DNA of 64,000 nucleotides, from contig QPMI01000152.1 of assembly GCA_004431415.1 (NCBI GenBank), forward strand, positions 62,001 to 126,000. The letters are read 5' to 3'. The notes under the pieces were generated by a model. It was not told the origin of the DNA. It saw nothing but the letters and a program-made list of their open reading frames with translations, and ran no database searches. The DNA is from Cyanophora paradoxa CCMP329 (Eukaryota > Plantae > Glaucophyta). Position 1 is the stretch's first letter; each line of letters opens with the position of its first letter. Below, in pieces: positions 35,056 through 47,496 of the stretch. The position numbers and the translations under genes were made by a program.

Positions 35056-37906
35056 ATGGCGGCGGCCACGGTTACGCCGCCAACTGCCTGCTCGGCGTGC
35101 TCGTCATCATGCTGTAGAGTATGTAACATGTTGCACGAAGCGTTTCAAAGCGGGGAGATGAGGTGCCTTTTCTCGATCCAGCGTTCGCGCCCCGCTGACC
35201 GCCCCGGCTCAGCGATATCACGGTCACCGTGTGCATTCCCGGTAGCGACAGCCGGGCATATGCGCTGCACAAGCTGGTTCTGATGCAAAGGTGCTTCTGC
35301 GATCCGTTTCTCGACGTCTAGCTGCAGGTGGCGGGGCCAGCTTTTAGCCATGTTTAGACATTCTAGCGCTTGCATATGTTGTTCTCGTGCGTGTGCGGGT
35401 GCGCGCGCTTAATCCTCGCGCAGCCCCTTCTTCCGCGCCATGCTCCGAGGCTGCTGGAAGGAGAGCGAGGCCTCCCAGCTGGTGCGACCCTTCTCCTGTT
35501 CAGGGCGCCCGACAGCCTCGCCTCGCCCGTGGGGGCGGGGCGCGTGCTGCGAGAGCGCGGCGGGGCAGCGGGGAGCTGACGGCGGGGCGCAGGAGCTGCA
35601 GATTGACGACCCGAACATCACGCGGGAAGCGGTGACCATGGCGCTCGAGTCGCTGTACCACGAGGGCGCCGTCGAGCTCACCCCCTGGAACCAGTACCAG
35701 GGTGCGCCCGCCGCGCCGCGCGCCGCCGCGCTGCGCGGTCGGTGGCGAGCGAGCGAGCGACGCGGGGGCGGGCAGTGATGGCGGCGGCGGAGTACCTGCA
35801 GATCCAGCACCTGCAGGAGCGGTGCCTGGACTTCATCGTCAGGAACGTCGGCGTCGCCACCGTCATCGACGCAATCCAGGCCCGCCCCGCCCCGCCCCGC
35901 CCCGCGCACCGCGCCCCTCTCCTGCAGCGGCCGAGCGGGCGGGCCGCAGTTCGCGCACCGCTCGCAGTGCCGGACGGAGCTGCTTAAGGGCTGCTCGGCC
36001 TGGCTGAAGCGGCACCTGCCGGCGCTGGCGCGCACCGAGCAGTTCTGCCGCATCCCCGTCGACGTCTTCGCCGAGCTCATCGGGTGCGGCGCCCCGCCCC
36101 AGCTCCTCGAGGCGGCCGCTGAGAGGGTGCGGGCGCCCCTCTCTGCTCAGGGCGGACGACCTGTGGGTGCGGGACGAGTTCGAGCGCTTCCGCCTCGCCC
36201 GCCAGTTCGCCCTCCAGCGCGTCGAGGCCGAGCGCCTCCGCGCCCCCTCCCCGCGCGGCCCCGGCCGCCCGCCCGCCGCGGGGCCCGCCGAGCCGCCCCC
36301 CGGCGCCGACGGGGTCGCCGTGGAGGGCAGCGACCCGCACTGCTCCGACGCCGCCGCCGACGAGGCCCCGGCCGCCCCGCCCCGGCCGCCCCGGCGGCCG
36401 CCGGCCGCCGCGGCACCGGCCTCCGGCCCGAGGCGCGCGGCAGCAGGCGCCCGTCCGGGGCGGCGATGCAGGCGGGTCAGGGGGCGGCGCCGGCGGCGGC
36501 GCAGGCGGCGGCGGCGGGGCCGTCGGAGGCGCCGCGGGCGCTGATAGACCTGTCGGAGGGCCCGCCGCTGCTGGAGCGCGAGGAGGGGCGGCAGTTCGCC
36601 CCCGTGTTCGCGGGGGTTCACCTCTTCCACCTGCAGGCCTCCGAGATGAAGGAGGTCGTCTCGGTGCGCCGTACCCCCCGGCAGCATCCCTCTCCAGCCG
36701 AGGCGACGCGGGCCCCCGCGGCCCCCTTTGCAGTCGCGGATGCTGCGGCAGGCGGACATCGACGAGGTGTACCGCTACAGCTACCACCTCCTCGCCGGCA
36801 TGCTCGACGAGTCCATGCGGGTGAGCGTGGCCAGCCGGCAGGCCCCGCCGGCGCCGCCGCCCTGCTGAGGCCGCGCGCGCGCGCGCGATCAGACGGAGCG
36901 GCACTACGCGCGCTTCGGGTTCGAGTTCCCCAACATCGCCGAGCTCGAGCTCGGCGAGCACAGGTGCCGTCCCGCCCTCAACCTCCCCCGCCGCGCCGCC
37001 CGAGCGGCGCGCAGGGACGGGCCCGACTTCTTGTTCGCGGGGAGCGTGTGGCACGTCCGCGTGCAGTTCGACATCAACGAGGAGATGAATCAGGCCCGCC
37101 CGCCCGCCCGCCCGCGAGCCAGGGCTCGAGCGTTCCCCCCTCTGACGCGGGGGAGGGGAGCAGGAGGTGTGGCTGGCGTGCGACCTGTACCGGAAGGAGG
37201 CGGAGACGGCGGCGACGGGCCCCTTCCGCAACTGCAACCAGGAGCACTGCGTCCGCTACAGTGCGCCCCGGCCCCGCCCCGGCCCCCGCCGCTCGGCCCT
37301 CCCGAGCCCACCGCCCTTGGCAGAGTTCATCTTCCTGGCGGCGCACGAGGGGGGCGCGGGGGGCGCCCAGCAGCTCCTTACCACCGCCGACCGCCCCGCC
37401 CCCGCCCCCGACGCCCCCTGCCCCGCCCCCGCCTCCTCGCTACCCCCCTCCTCCTCCAGCCCAGCGCCCGGCATTCCTCCCGCCGTCCCCCCGCGCCCCG
37501 GAGCCCCCGGGGCCCCCCTGGGCCCCAGCGGGCCCGGCCGTCCGAGGTCGCCGGTGTCGGGACAGGGCCCGCAGCCGCCGGGGCCGGCGGGGGCGCGGGC
37601 GGCGGAGGCGGAGCGGGAGGTGGAGAGCGAGATCTTCGAGGACGAGCACGTCTTCAACTTCGAGCACGAGAGCCACTGGCGCGCTGCCCGCGCCCCGCGC
37701 CCGGTTCCTCTGCCCCCCGCTGACAAGGCACACGCGCGGGCGCCCCCGCAGGGGCCTCTTCTACATCGAGCGGGAGCGGATGGCGCCCTACCTCGTCGAC
37801 GGCCGCCACCTTCGCATCATCTGTCCGCCCCGCCCGCCCCGCCCCTCAAAGCGAAGCGCGGCCCTCACCCGGCCGCGCCGCAGGCATGATGAAGCACGTG
37901 AGCTAG
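35056..37906 (+). CDS. Germ cell-less (GCL/BTBD16)-like BTB-BACK protein, Cullin-3 adaptor
   Basis: SDITV..LHKLVLMQSPFFRAMLRGCWKES..LQIDDPNITREA..ESLY; BACK segment ADDLWVRDEFERF; GCL-like LLEREEGRQFAPVF; C-terminal beta domain ARFGFEF..FLFAGSVW. Confidence 0.8.
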
Positions 37907-38919
37907 GGGCTCGAGGCCCGGCGCGGGGCAAGAAGGTGGTTTCAGGATGAGACGGCGGCCAGCGAAGCGGGTGCCCCTAGCGCCGCGGCTGGTGGGGGCC
38001 TTCAGGTTCTTTAGGGTGGCGGTACTCCGTTCGGAGTCCCTCCGGTGGCAGGCTGGCGGCTAAGCCAGCTGGGTGCCCTTTCGGGCCGAAGTAGTCGTGA
38101 GCAGTAAGCCCCGAAGTATCCTCTGCCACATCCGCTTCGATGGCCGATGTTTTTCACGTTTGAAGTATCGCGAGGCCATTTTCTCTTGCTCTGAAACCGA
38201 AATTCTTTGCCAAAGGCCGTGGTCAAAAACCCGTCACATGAATAGCTCGGGCGAGTTGGTGGGATCCGGCAGAAAGCGAAGCCTGACTGACGCTAAAGCT
38301 TTGCTGACGTGTACCGCGTACGCTGACGCGCGCGGGCCGCCAAACGCCGAGCTCGGAGGGCAGCCGTTGCGTACGTGGCGCAGTTGGCCTCGACGTCGCT
38401 CGGGCTCGCAGGCCGTCAGACGCTTGCTACTGGGCCATAGCAGCCTCCGGTAGCTCGTAGCGCCCGCGGGCCTGCCCCGGCCGCGGGCCGCACCACCGCC
38501 GTCAGTTACGCCGAATCGCGTACCCTAGCAAAAGGACTTCTCGCGCTTCTGGGCGCTAGCCGAGCTTTTCGGCACTTCTCGAACATGTTCTGCAATTTGG
38601 ATGCGTTTCTGCACGCGGCGCGGCAGCTCACGCTTGTATGCCGCTGCGCGGCTTCCCGGCGAGCTCGCGGTCGCCTAGCTCCCGCGCCGCAGCTTTCGTC
38701 TGAGCGCACACACTGTGACACAACACTTGCAAGTCGTTCTGCGTCGTTCTACGCGTGTGTCTGTGATGGCTCGGTGTTCGCAGTACCTGACCAGGACACC
38801 TGGCCTTCAACGCTGAATCAACTCCGTGCGGACGCGTGTAACGATCGCATTCGGCGTTCTCTGAAACGGGCCCCGCATTAGACTCGCGCAGACTCGCGCA
38901 CTGCGCGAACCGCGGCCCC

Positions 38920-41467
38920 ATGGACCCTGAGGTTGGTTGACCCTTGAACGCATGGTGACCTAACCAGGTAAATTGATAAATTCACCTGACAAGTCATAGG
39001 ACCTCCCTTCTGCAGCTCGAGCTTCCCCAGCTGCACTCCATTTTCTGCGAACGTGGGCGCTGTGCACAGGCGCGCATGCCCGAAGCGATGCAGGACTGCA
39101 GTTCGAGCTCGAATGCGGCAGCGGCAGCCGCGCCTCCTGCGTCCCTTGGAGCTGCGGTTTCCGGGCTCGAGCTCGCTGCGACGGCGCCGCCTCCGGTGCG
39201 CGTACTCCGCCGCGCCTGCGCCGGCGACGCGGTATCGAGCCTGACGCCGCCGCCGTTGCGCCCGCGCAGGCACGCGTGCTGCAGCTGCGCGGGAAGGGCA
39301 GGGGCGCCCTCGTACCCGCCGCGGTGCCCTACAGGATCCTGACGGGCGAGCGGTACGCGCCGCCCCGCCGGCCCCGCCGGCGATGCGCCGAGTCGCTGCG
39401 GCGCTGAGTCTCACGCGTATGCGCGGGCGGCAGGTTGTACGTCGAGCTGCTGGCGGGGGCGCGGATCGACGGCGACATCACGGCCGTGCGGGTCTTCGAC
39501 GTGGGCGGGGCGGGACCTCCCGTGGAGCTCAGCATCCACGTCCCGTACGTGCCGCGCTCCTTCCCTTTCCCCCGCCCCCGCCGCGCCGGCCGGCCGCCGA
39601 CTCCGCGCGGTGGCGGCAGGTACAACGACGAGGACGGGCTGCCACTGGAGGGGACCTACACGCTCGGGGAGCGCATCTGGCGGAACCGCGCCGGCATCAC
39701 CGGCGACACGTTCGAGTGCCCCAAGGGCGTCCGCAAGTCCGTCGAGCGGGGCGAGGGCGTCCTCTCCGGCTGCTCCCGCTTCAGCTTCAAGACGCCGCCG
39801 AACTGCGGGCCGTACGCCGGGCGCGCCTGCCGCATAGTTTTCTACCACGGGCCGGCGGGGGCGCCGCCCCAGCCCCTCGTCGCCCTCGGGCCCTGCACCT
39901 TCAAGAGCCCCAAGAAGGCCGCCGGTGCGCGCCCGGACTCCTCCGCCCGCGCTCGCTTCCCCCTCCGCGCTCACCCCTCCGCAGCGCCGAGGAGAGAGGG
40001 GGGCGCGCCTTTTCCCCAGGCCGTCTCGCCCTCGAGCCCGAGCCCGAGCGCCTCTTCGGGGGCGCCGGCGCCGTCCCAGGCCGCCCAGGAATCCGGTACC
40101 CCTTCCCTGCCCCTCCTCTCCCCGCCCGCGACCGCTCTTTTTTTTTAGGGGCGTGTGCGCAGCGGCGCTCGCAGGGGCGGGGCGCGGGAACGGGAGGAAG
40201 CGTCGGGGCGGGGCGGGGGGCGGCCGGGGCCGGGGCCGCGGGGCGGCGCGGGGCGCGGGGCGGAGGAAACGACGGAAGGAGGAGGAGGCGGAGGAGGAGG
40301 AGGAGGAGGAGGAGAGCGCCGAGTCGGACTCGGGCTGTCCGACGAGGAGGAGGAGGAAGGGGGGCGTTCGAGGGCTCGGAGTCAGAGGACGAGGAGGACG
40401 AGGAAGAGGCGCGGGCCCCGCGCCCCGGCGCCCGCCTCCCCGCGCCGGGGCTGCCGCGCCGACTCCGCGGCGCCGCGGCGCCGGCGCCGGCGGGCGAGGA
40501 CGAGGCCGGGGCGCGAAGAAGGCGGGCCGGCGGGCATGCACCGGCGCGCGGGGCGAGCCGGCTCCGCACGCCGCGGAAGCCGCGGGGCGCGTGGCGGCGG
40601 CGGCGGAGGCGGTGGAGCGCGGGACGAGCGAGGAAGAGGGGAGGAGGGCCGCGCGGACTCGCCCGAGGGGCCGCGTGCGCCCCGCGCCCCGCCCCCGCCC
40701 CCGCCTCGCAGCGCCGGCCCGCCGCTGAGGCGGGGCGGGGGCAGCCGTGTGGGGCGACGGATCCGGAGAGGAAACGGACGACGACAGTAGCGAGGCGGAG
40801 TGCGGGGGGCCGGCGCCCCGCCGTCCCGCCCTCCGCCCCGCCGCTCCCCGTCAGCCGCCGCGGCGCCCTCCCCGTGCACCTCGCCCGGGCGCGCCCTCCG
40901 CGCTCCAGCGGCCCCGGCGCCCTGGCGGCCCTCCTCGCCTCGCGAAATGAAGGTTTCGGCACGGCGGGAGGCGGCGCCTCGCCGGCGGCGGCCTCCTCCC
41001 CCACCGGGCCACGGCTAGCGGCCGTGGCGCTCGACGTGTGGGGGCCCCTCGCGACGGGGCGCCGGCGGCCGGCCCCCCCGCCCTCCGGGGCGCCCCGCGC
41101 CCCCGCCTCCTTCTCCGCGGAGCAGTTCCCCGCCACCATGGGGGGCCTCCCGGGGGCGTTTTCGGCCCCGCTCCACCAGCCGGCGCCCGCCCCCCGCCCC
41201 GACCCCGCCCCGCCCTTTCCAATCGAGGCCGCGGCCGCGCTGGGTCGGCCGGGGTCCCCCTGGGGGCTCGGTCCGAACCTGGGCCTGCCCGAGGCGGGGG
41301 CTCTAGATCTCCCCCCGCCTTCCCCCTACCTCGAGGGGCTCGACGAGGCGGTACCCCTGCGCATGCCCTTCGGCACGGGCCTCTCCCGCGCCGCCCAAAT
41401 GCAGCTCGAGCTCGTGTACATGTCCGGCGGGGCGCCGGGCCTCGCTGGCGCCCGCGGACTTCCGTGA
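38920..41467 (+). CDS. Hypothetical protein with a beta-rich globular domain, basic NLS-like and acidic segments
   Basis: Exons RVLQLRG..YRILTGER|LYVELLAG..VRVFDV..|YNDEDGLP..FSFKTPPNCGPYAGRACRIVFYHG..GPCTFKSPKK, then RKRR, poly-Glu and a Pro-rich tail. Exon joins in the 3' half are uncertain. Confidence 0.5.
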
Positions 41468-41474
41468 TTCGGCC

Positions 41475-41960
41475 TCCGCCCAGCTCCTTCAACCTTTAGC
41501 TTCGCTCTCTTCAAGATGTAGAAGAGCAGTGTGCAGACAGATTCGAATTTCGCCGAGTCGCGTGGATTTCGAGTACATGTGATTTTGAAAGTCTTGCAAT
41601 ACACAATGTACAGATGTTGCCGAGCCTCAGGCCCTGAGGGCCTCGGCCCGGCGGAGACGGAGCCGGCCGCAGGCTCAGCGGCTGCAGGCTTCAAGGCTTG
41701 GCACCTAGAATCCGCCGGCCCGCGCGGCTGCCGGCGCCGCAGTGCGCATGCAGGCTTGGCTTTGGCTTTTGGCTTGACACCTAGAATCCGCCGAGGTCAG
41801 CCCCTTCAGCCTTCCCCCGCTTCAAGATCTAGAGTGTTCAGATAGATTTGAATGTCGCGTGAATGTCGAGTACATGTACATGTAATCATACTATGATAGA
41901 AATCTTGCAATACACAATCTGCAGATGTATAGCGGAGGCGGCTGCATGCGCAGCTGCAGT
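41475..41960. repeat. Imperfect direct repeats (~41475-41620 and ~41788-41930) with an inner ~23-bp repeat pair
   Basis: Shared blocks cttcaagat, tcgcgtg, tcgagtacatgt, tcttgcaatacacaat, cagatgt; inner ggcttg(g/a)cacctagaatccgccg at ~41695 and ~41771. Confidence 0.8.
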
Positions 41961-41977
41961 CTGCAGCTGGGCGACGG

Positions 41978-43938
41978 CTAGGCGGGGAGCTGGGTGACCC
42001 GGACCCAGTCGACCTGCATCTCCCTGCGCCGCGAAAGGGACGCGCCCTTTTAGCCGGGCGTGCTCGGGCGCAGAAGGAAGGGCTCTGACCGCTCGGTGCC
42101 GCCGGAGGCGGGGTTGGAGCGCCAGCCGTCGGCCCAGGCGCCGCGCGCCGCCCAGAACTCGTTGACGGCGGCCGGGGAGGCGTTGCCCCAGGGCTTGGCC
42201 CCGACGCCGTCCGGGAAGTAGCCGTTGGTGCCCCCGACGGCGAGGTTCAGGATCAGGTAGAACTCCCGGTCGAACGGCGCCCCCGGGCCCCTGCGCCGCG
42301 CCCTCGATCCGACGGGGGTACAGGAAGGCGGGGCGCTCACCGGCCGGCCCAGGGGTTCGCGAGGTCGGTCAGGTTCCACCCTGCGCGAGCGCGCCGCCAG
42401 GCCGGGCTTAGGGCGGGGCGGGCTCGAGCGGACAGAAGAGCGGGCGGGCACCGCCGCGCTCCCAGAAGGGTACGTCGAAGGGGACGTCGAGGAGGCGGTG
42501 CGCCTCGTCGTCCGCGTCCACGTACGTCCGCAGGCCCTGTACCCGGGGGGGGGGGGGGGGGGGGCATTGCAAGGCGCGGCGGGGGGAGGGGCGGAGGGAG
42601 GGGCGGGGGGAGGGGCGGGGGGGGGCGCGCCCGCTCGGTCCAGACGAGGCCGAAGGTGTGGAAGTCGTCCGCCCACGTGCGCCCCCCCGGCGCCGCCCGC
42701 GTCACGTGCGTCTTCGGGTACCCGTTCTCCGGCCAGAAGGGGCCTGCGCCGAGACTTGGGAGGGGCGGGAGGGGCGGGGCGCAGGGGCGGGGCACCCCAG
42801 TGGAGGGTGGAGCCGATCGTGTCGCAGCCGGCGGGGTAGGGGGGCGGGTTCCCCCGCGACTCCACGATGTCGATCTCCCCGCTGCCGGCGAGGCGGCCGT
42901 CACTCGGAGACCAGCGACGAAGCGCTGGCCCGGGCGGGCGGGGGCGGGGCGTGGGGGCGGACCTGGCGGGCCACTTGCCGTAGGCGGAGTCGCGGGGCAT
43001 CATCCAGATGGCGGGCCAGAGCCACTCCCCGCGCGGCATCCGCGCCCGCACCTCCACCTCGAGGGGCGTCAGGGGCGGGGTCGGGGGGGTGGGGGGAGGG
43101 GGGGGGGGGGGGTAGGGGCGCACGCGGCCGTACTTGAAGGCGAAGGAGTCCTTCGTTCGCAGGCGCGCCGATGTGACGGGGTTCTGCGGGGAGGGCGGCG
43201 CCTTGGGCGGGGCCGAGCGCGGGAGAGGAGACGAGGGGAACGGGCGCACGACGACGTTGCCGTGCTTCGGGTCCCGGAGGCACCTGCCGGGAGCGCCCGC
43301 CCGCTCGCCCGGACTCCGAACCGAAGGGCCCGAGGCGGCCGCGCGCACCCGTAGAAGTTGCTGTCCGTGCAGTCGCTCCCGAGGTCGAGGACGGTGGTCG
43401 AGATGTCCCCGAGCCAGTCCTGCGTGAGCGTGGGGCGGATGTGCAGCACGCCCCGCCCGCCCTCGCTCGTCACGTAGCTGCCCCGCGTCGTGCCGTCGCG
43501 ATCAGCTCGAGGGGCACGGCGCGGGCCGGCCCGCCCGCCCACCTGTTCGTCCGGTTGTTCACGTACACCTGGCGGAGGGGCGTGAGCTGAGCGCCGGCGA
43601 GCGGAAAGACCGCCGGATTTAGAGCGCGCCTGGAACTCCCAGTTGCCGCCGCCCGAGGCCGTGATCTCGTGCTGCCAGCGCCGCGTGTCCAGCTCCGTGA
43701 AGTCGTCGAAGAAGAGAACCCGCTCGCCCGCCGGAGGCGCTGGAGTCGCCATCGGCGTCGGCGGCAGCGTCGGCGTCACCGGTTGCGCCGGCGCGGGCTT
43801 CCGGGCGGCCGCTGCGAAGCTGGCCGGTCGAGCGTCGCCGGCGCCCTCGTCCGCCGGCGCGTCACAGTGGACGCCGCGGGTTGCGCTCGCTGCAACCAGG
43901 ACGATGCAGAGAAGCCAACCGTTAACCGGCGTACGCAT
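41978..43938 (-). CDS. Secreted GH16 beta-1,3-glucanase (beta-glucan-binding-protein/laminarinase type)
   Basis: Signal peptide [59 protein letters not shown], catalytic WPASGEIDIVESRGN, APFDREFYLILNLAVGGTNGYFPD, MQVDWVRV. Confidence 0.95.
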
Positions 43939-44014
43939 CCAGGCGAGAGAAGCACCCAGCACGGGGCGTACCCCCCAGGTCCAGCATTTCTGAGCATTGC
44001 AGGATCACGGGGCC

Positions 44015-47000
44015 ATGGAGGCGCGCGCGTGCCAAATGCTGTGCGCCTGTGCGGCCTGTGCCGTCGTCGCGGGCGGCGTATGGCTACACAATCGAAGACA
44101 GCGTGTCCACCAGCAGTGCGGCCCGCGGACGGCGCATCCAGCGCTCGTGTAACCATTGCAACGCAGAGCAAAAGCTGAGAAGGAGAAACAGGACGCCGTG
44201 GCCCGGGTGGCTGGAGAACTCATCGACCTGACTTGCCCGGTGTCCGGCGCCTTGATGCAGGACCCCGTCCGGTGCGCGACATCGCAGCATTGCTTTGTGG
44301 CCCCAAATGACATCCGTCGCGCCGCAGCGGGAACTGCGCGTGCAAGCGCAACTTTTCCAAAGGAGCCATCGAGGCCTGGCTCCTCAACAAGAGTGTATGC
44401 CCACTCTGCGTGCGTACGCGTGCTTCGACGCCAGTAATCTGTTTCATATGTCGACCACCGCGGGGGCGCAGCGGGGCGCCCTGACGGGCTACGACCTAGT
44501 TCCCGCCCAGGACGTCGAGGAGACCATCCTCGCGCTGGTCCGCGGCGCTCGTTCCCCGGGCAGCCGCGCTCCGTTCCTCACGGAAAGCAGAGGGAGAGCC
44601 CGCACTTCGAGGCGGCCGTGCGGGAAACGGACCTCGTGGTCGTTGACGACATGCGGCCCAGGCGAGCCGCGCGCGCGGCCGCGCCCGCCTCTCGGGGCTC
44701 GCTCACGCCCCCGCGCTGGCCGCAGGATCCTCATGCCCAACATCGCGCGCATCGAGCTCACGCCGGCCCAGCGCGTCCGCCTGGACTCGCTCATGCAGGC
44801 GCGCCGCCGCCCGCCCGCAAGCCGCCGGCGCGGCGCCGCGTCGCGCCTGATGCGGGCGCAGCGGGACCGTGACGCGGAGGCTGCGGGGCCGCCGGCGGAG
44901 GACGGCGCGCCCGAGATCGTCCAGGTGACCGTCTCGAGCCTGGGCGCTCTGCTGGCGGGCCGCGGGGCCTCCGGCGGCGCATCCCGCCCGCCCCGCCGGC
45001 CCCGCGCGACGAGCTGCCCCGCGAGTGGGCCCCGGCATGGTTCGCGCGCGCCCAGCGCACCCCTGCTGGGCGGGGCAGGGCGGGGCGGCGCGGACCGAGG
45101 CGGGGCGCAGGCCGGAGGAAGAGGGGAGGAGCGGGGGCCGGCCGACGCGGCGGCCCAGGCAGGGGCCGAGGAGGAGGAGGAGGAGGTGGAAGAAGAAGTC
45201 GAGGGGGACGAGAACGGCGGCTCGGACCGGTGCGGAGGCCGGGGGCGCGGCGCGGCGCGGCGCTGCGCGCGCGCGGGCGAGCGAGCGAGCGCGGGGCGGG
45301 GCGGGCCCTCCGCAGGCTGCTGGCGGCGGCGCGGACGGTGGAGGAGGAGGCGGAGGCGGCGCGGGAGGCGGCGGAGGAGGCGGCGGCGGCGGCAGCGGAC
45401 GCGGCGGAGGTGCTGGCGGGGGTGCTGGCCTGGAGGAGAGCGCGGGGGCCCTCGCCGCCGACCTCGCCGCCCGCGCCACCGCCGAGGTCGCCGAGGCTCG
45501 CGTGCGCCCGCCCCGCCCCGGCCCCGCTCCCCCCCTCCCCCGACCCGGCTCTGGCAGTCGGAGCTGGAGGCGGCGCGGCGGGCGCTGCTGGAGGCGCGGG
45601 AGGCGGCCGAGGCGGCGCGCGCCGAGGCCGACGAGGCGCGGGCCGCCTACGAGGAGGCCCGCCGCGACGCCGAGGCCCTCGCCCGCCGCGCCGACGCCGC
45701 CGCCGCCGCCTCCTCCTCCTCCTCCGGCCCCGCGGGCCCGCCGAGCCGCAGGGCGGCCCGGGGCCGGTCCGCCAGCCTCCCTCGGGCCGCCTGTTTCGTT
45801 TCTGAGTCTGTGCGTCCGCAGGGACGGGCGCGGGGCGGAGCAACAACCGCATCCGCTCCGTGCGCATCGCGATCGACTTCCGCACCCTCCCCGTGGGCCC
45901 GCCCCGCCGGCCCCGCCGGCCGCCCCGCCCCCGCCCCGCCCCTCCCGCCGCCGCCGCCGCCGCCGGCCGCGCCGCCGCCTCCCCCGGAGTACCCGCCGGC
46001 GCCGCTGCCGGCGCCGCGGGCGCGGGAGCTGTGGGGCGAGCTCAACGAGGAGGAGGGCGACCTCGGCGGGGACAGGGACGTCCCCTCCGCCCTCCCACCC
46101 CCGCCCCCACCCCCGCCCCCACCTCCTCCTCCTCCCCCTCCTCCGCCGGCGCCGCCGGGGGCGGGGCTGGGCGGGGCGGGGATGGGGGAGCTGGAGGGGG
46201 CGCTGGGGCGGCTCTTCGGGGAGCGCAACGCGCGGGTCGTCATGGAGCAGGCCCGCCCCCCTCCTCTTCTCTCCTTCTCTCGGCCGCCCGCCCTCTGACC
46301 CCCGCCTGCCCCCTTCAGATGGCGCGGGAGGCCGACCGCGCCGTGCACGTCCACCTCCACTCCGACCGCGTCCGTTCTCCTTCCTCGAACCCTACCCCCC
46401 TCCTCCTTCTTCCCCCCCCCCCCCCCCCCCCCCTCTGACGTCTCCCCCGCGCAGTCCGACTGGCCGACGGAGGCCGGCTCCTCGCGGTACCTCCCGGAGC
46501 CCCTGCCCCTCGACTCCGACCTCCTCCACTGCACCGAGTACACCAACATGGCCCGCCCCGTACCCCCCGCCATCTTACCCCCCCCCCCCCGCTCTGAACT
46601 TGGGTACCCCGCAGCTCTTCTTCCTGGAGGAGGCGTACGGCTTCGAGGGGCTGCGCGCGCGCGGCCCCACGCGCGCCATTCGCGTCCGCTCCCACGTCCT
46701 CCTCCTCTTCCTCGAGGGTACCCCCCGCCTTGCTCTTCCCCCCCCTCTGCGGGGTACGAGGCGAGCCGGCGGGGCGCAGGGCCGGAGGCGGGCCCCGAGC
46801 TCGAGCTCGCCATCGAGCCGGACGAGCCCGGGCTCGGGGGGGTACCCGGCCCCGCCGACCTCTTCGACCGGCGCGCCCGTACCCCCGCCACGCCCTCCTC
46901 CCCCGGCGCGCCCCTCACGCCCCCCACAGAGTCCTCCTCCGCGCTGCGGGCACCGAGCGCTGGCACGAGTTCCAGGCGCGCACCCCCGTCCCCTCTTCTC

Positions 47001-47496
47001 CGCCCCCGCCCCTCCCGTGACGACGTACCCCCAGGTGTACGACCGGGTACCGCAGTACACCGTGCTGCTGGAGACGACGCGGCCGCCGGCGGCGCTGGCG
47101 GCGCTGACCCCCCCGCCGCCCCCCGCCCCGCCGGGCCGCCCCTGGCGGGGCCACCTCTACGCTATGGAGCGCGACTCGGGGAAGCCCCTCATACCCCTGA
47201 AGGTGCCCTGCGCCCCCGCCCCCTCTTGTTTCTTTCGCGCGCTGAGGGCGGGGCGGGGCGGGGGCCAGGAGTTCCAGTGGGTGACGCCGCCGCCGCCGCG
47301 GAGCGGGGCCGGGACGGCGGCAGGGGCGGCCCCGCGGGAGCCGGAGATCCGCCTGCGGGGCCACATAGAGGCCGAGGCGGCGTACGTGCCCCCGGCGCCG
47401 GCGGCGGGGCCCGGAGCGGGGCGGGCCCGGGGGCCGCGCCTGGCCTTCTCCCCGCGGCTGGTCCCCGGCGATAGCGACGACGAGGAGGAGGACTGA
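44015..47496 (+). CDS. U-box/RING-like E3 ligase with N-terminal signal-anchor, coiled coil and unknown C-terminal domain
   Basis: LTCPVSGALMQDPV..CACKRNFSKGAIEAWLLNKSVCPLC...LVP. In-frame hydrophobic N-terminus MLCACAACAVVAGGVWLHNRRQR. Confidence 0.7.

Noticed and set aside
38011-38880. Possible small minus-strand gene
   Set aside because: Some exon-like stretches, but no consistent spliced frame or recognisable domain.
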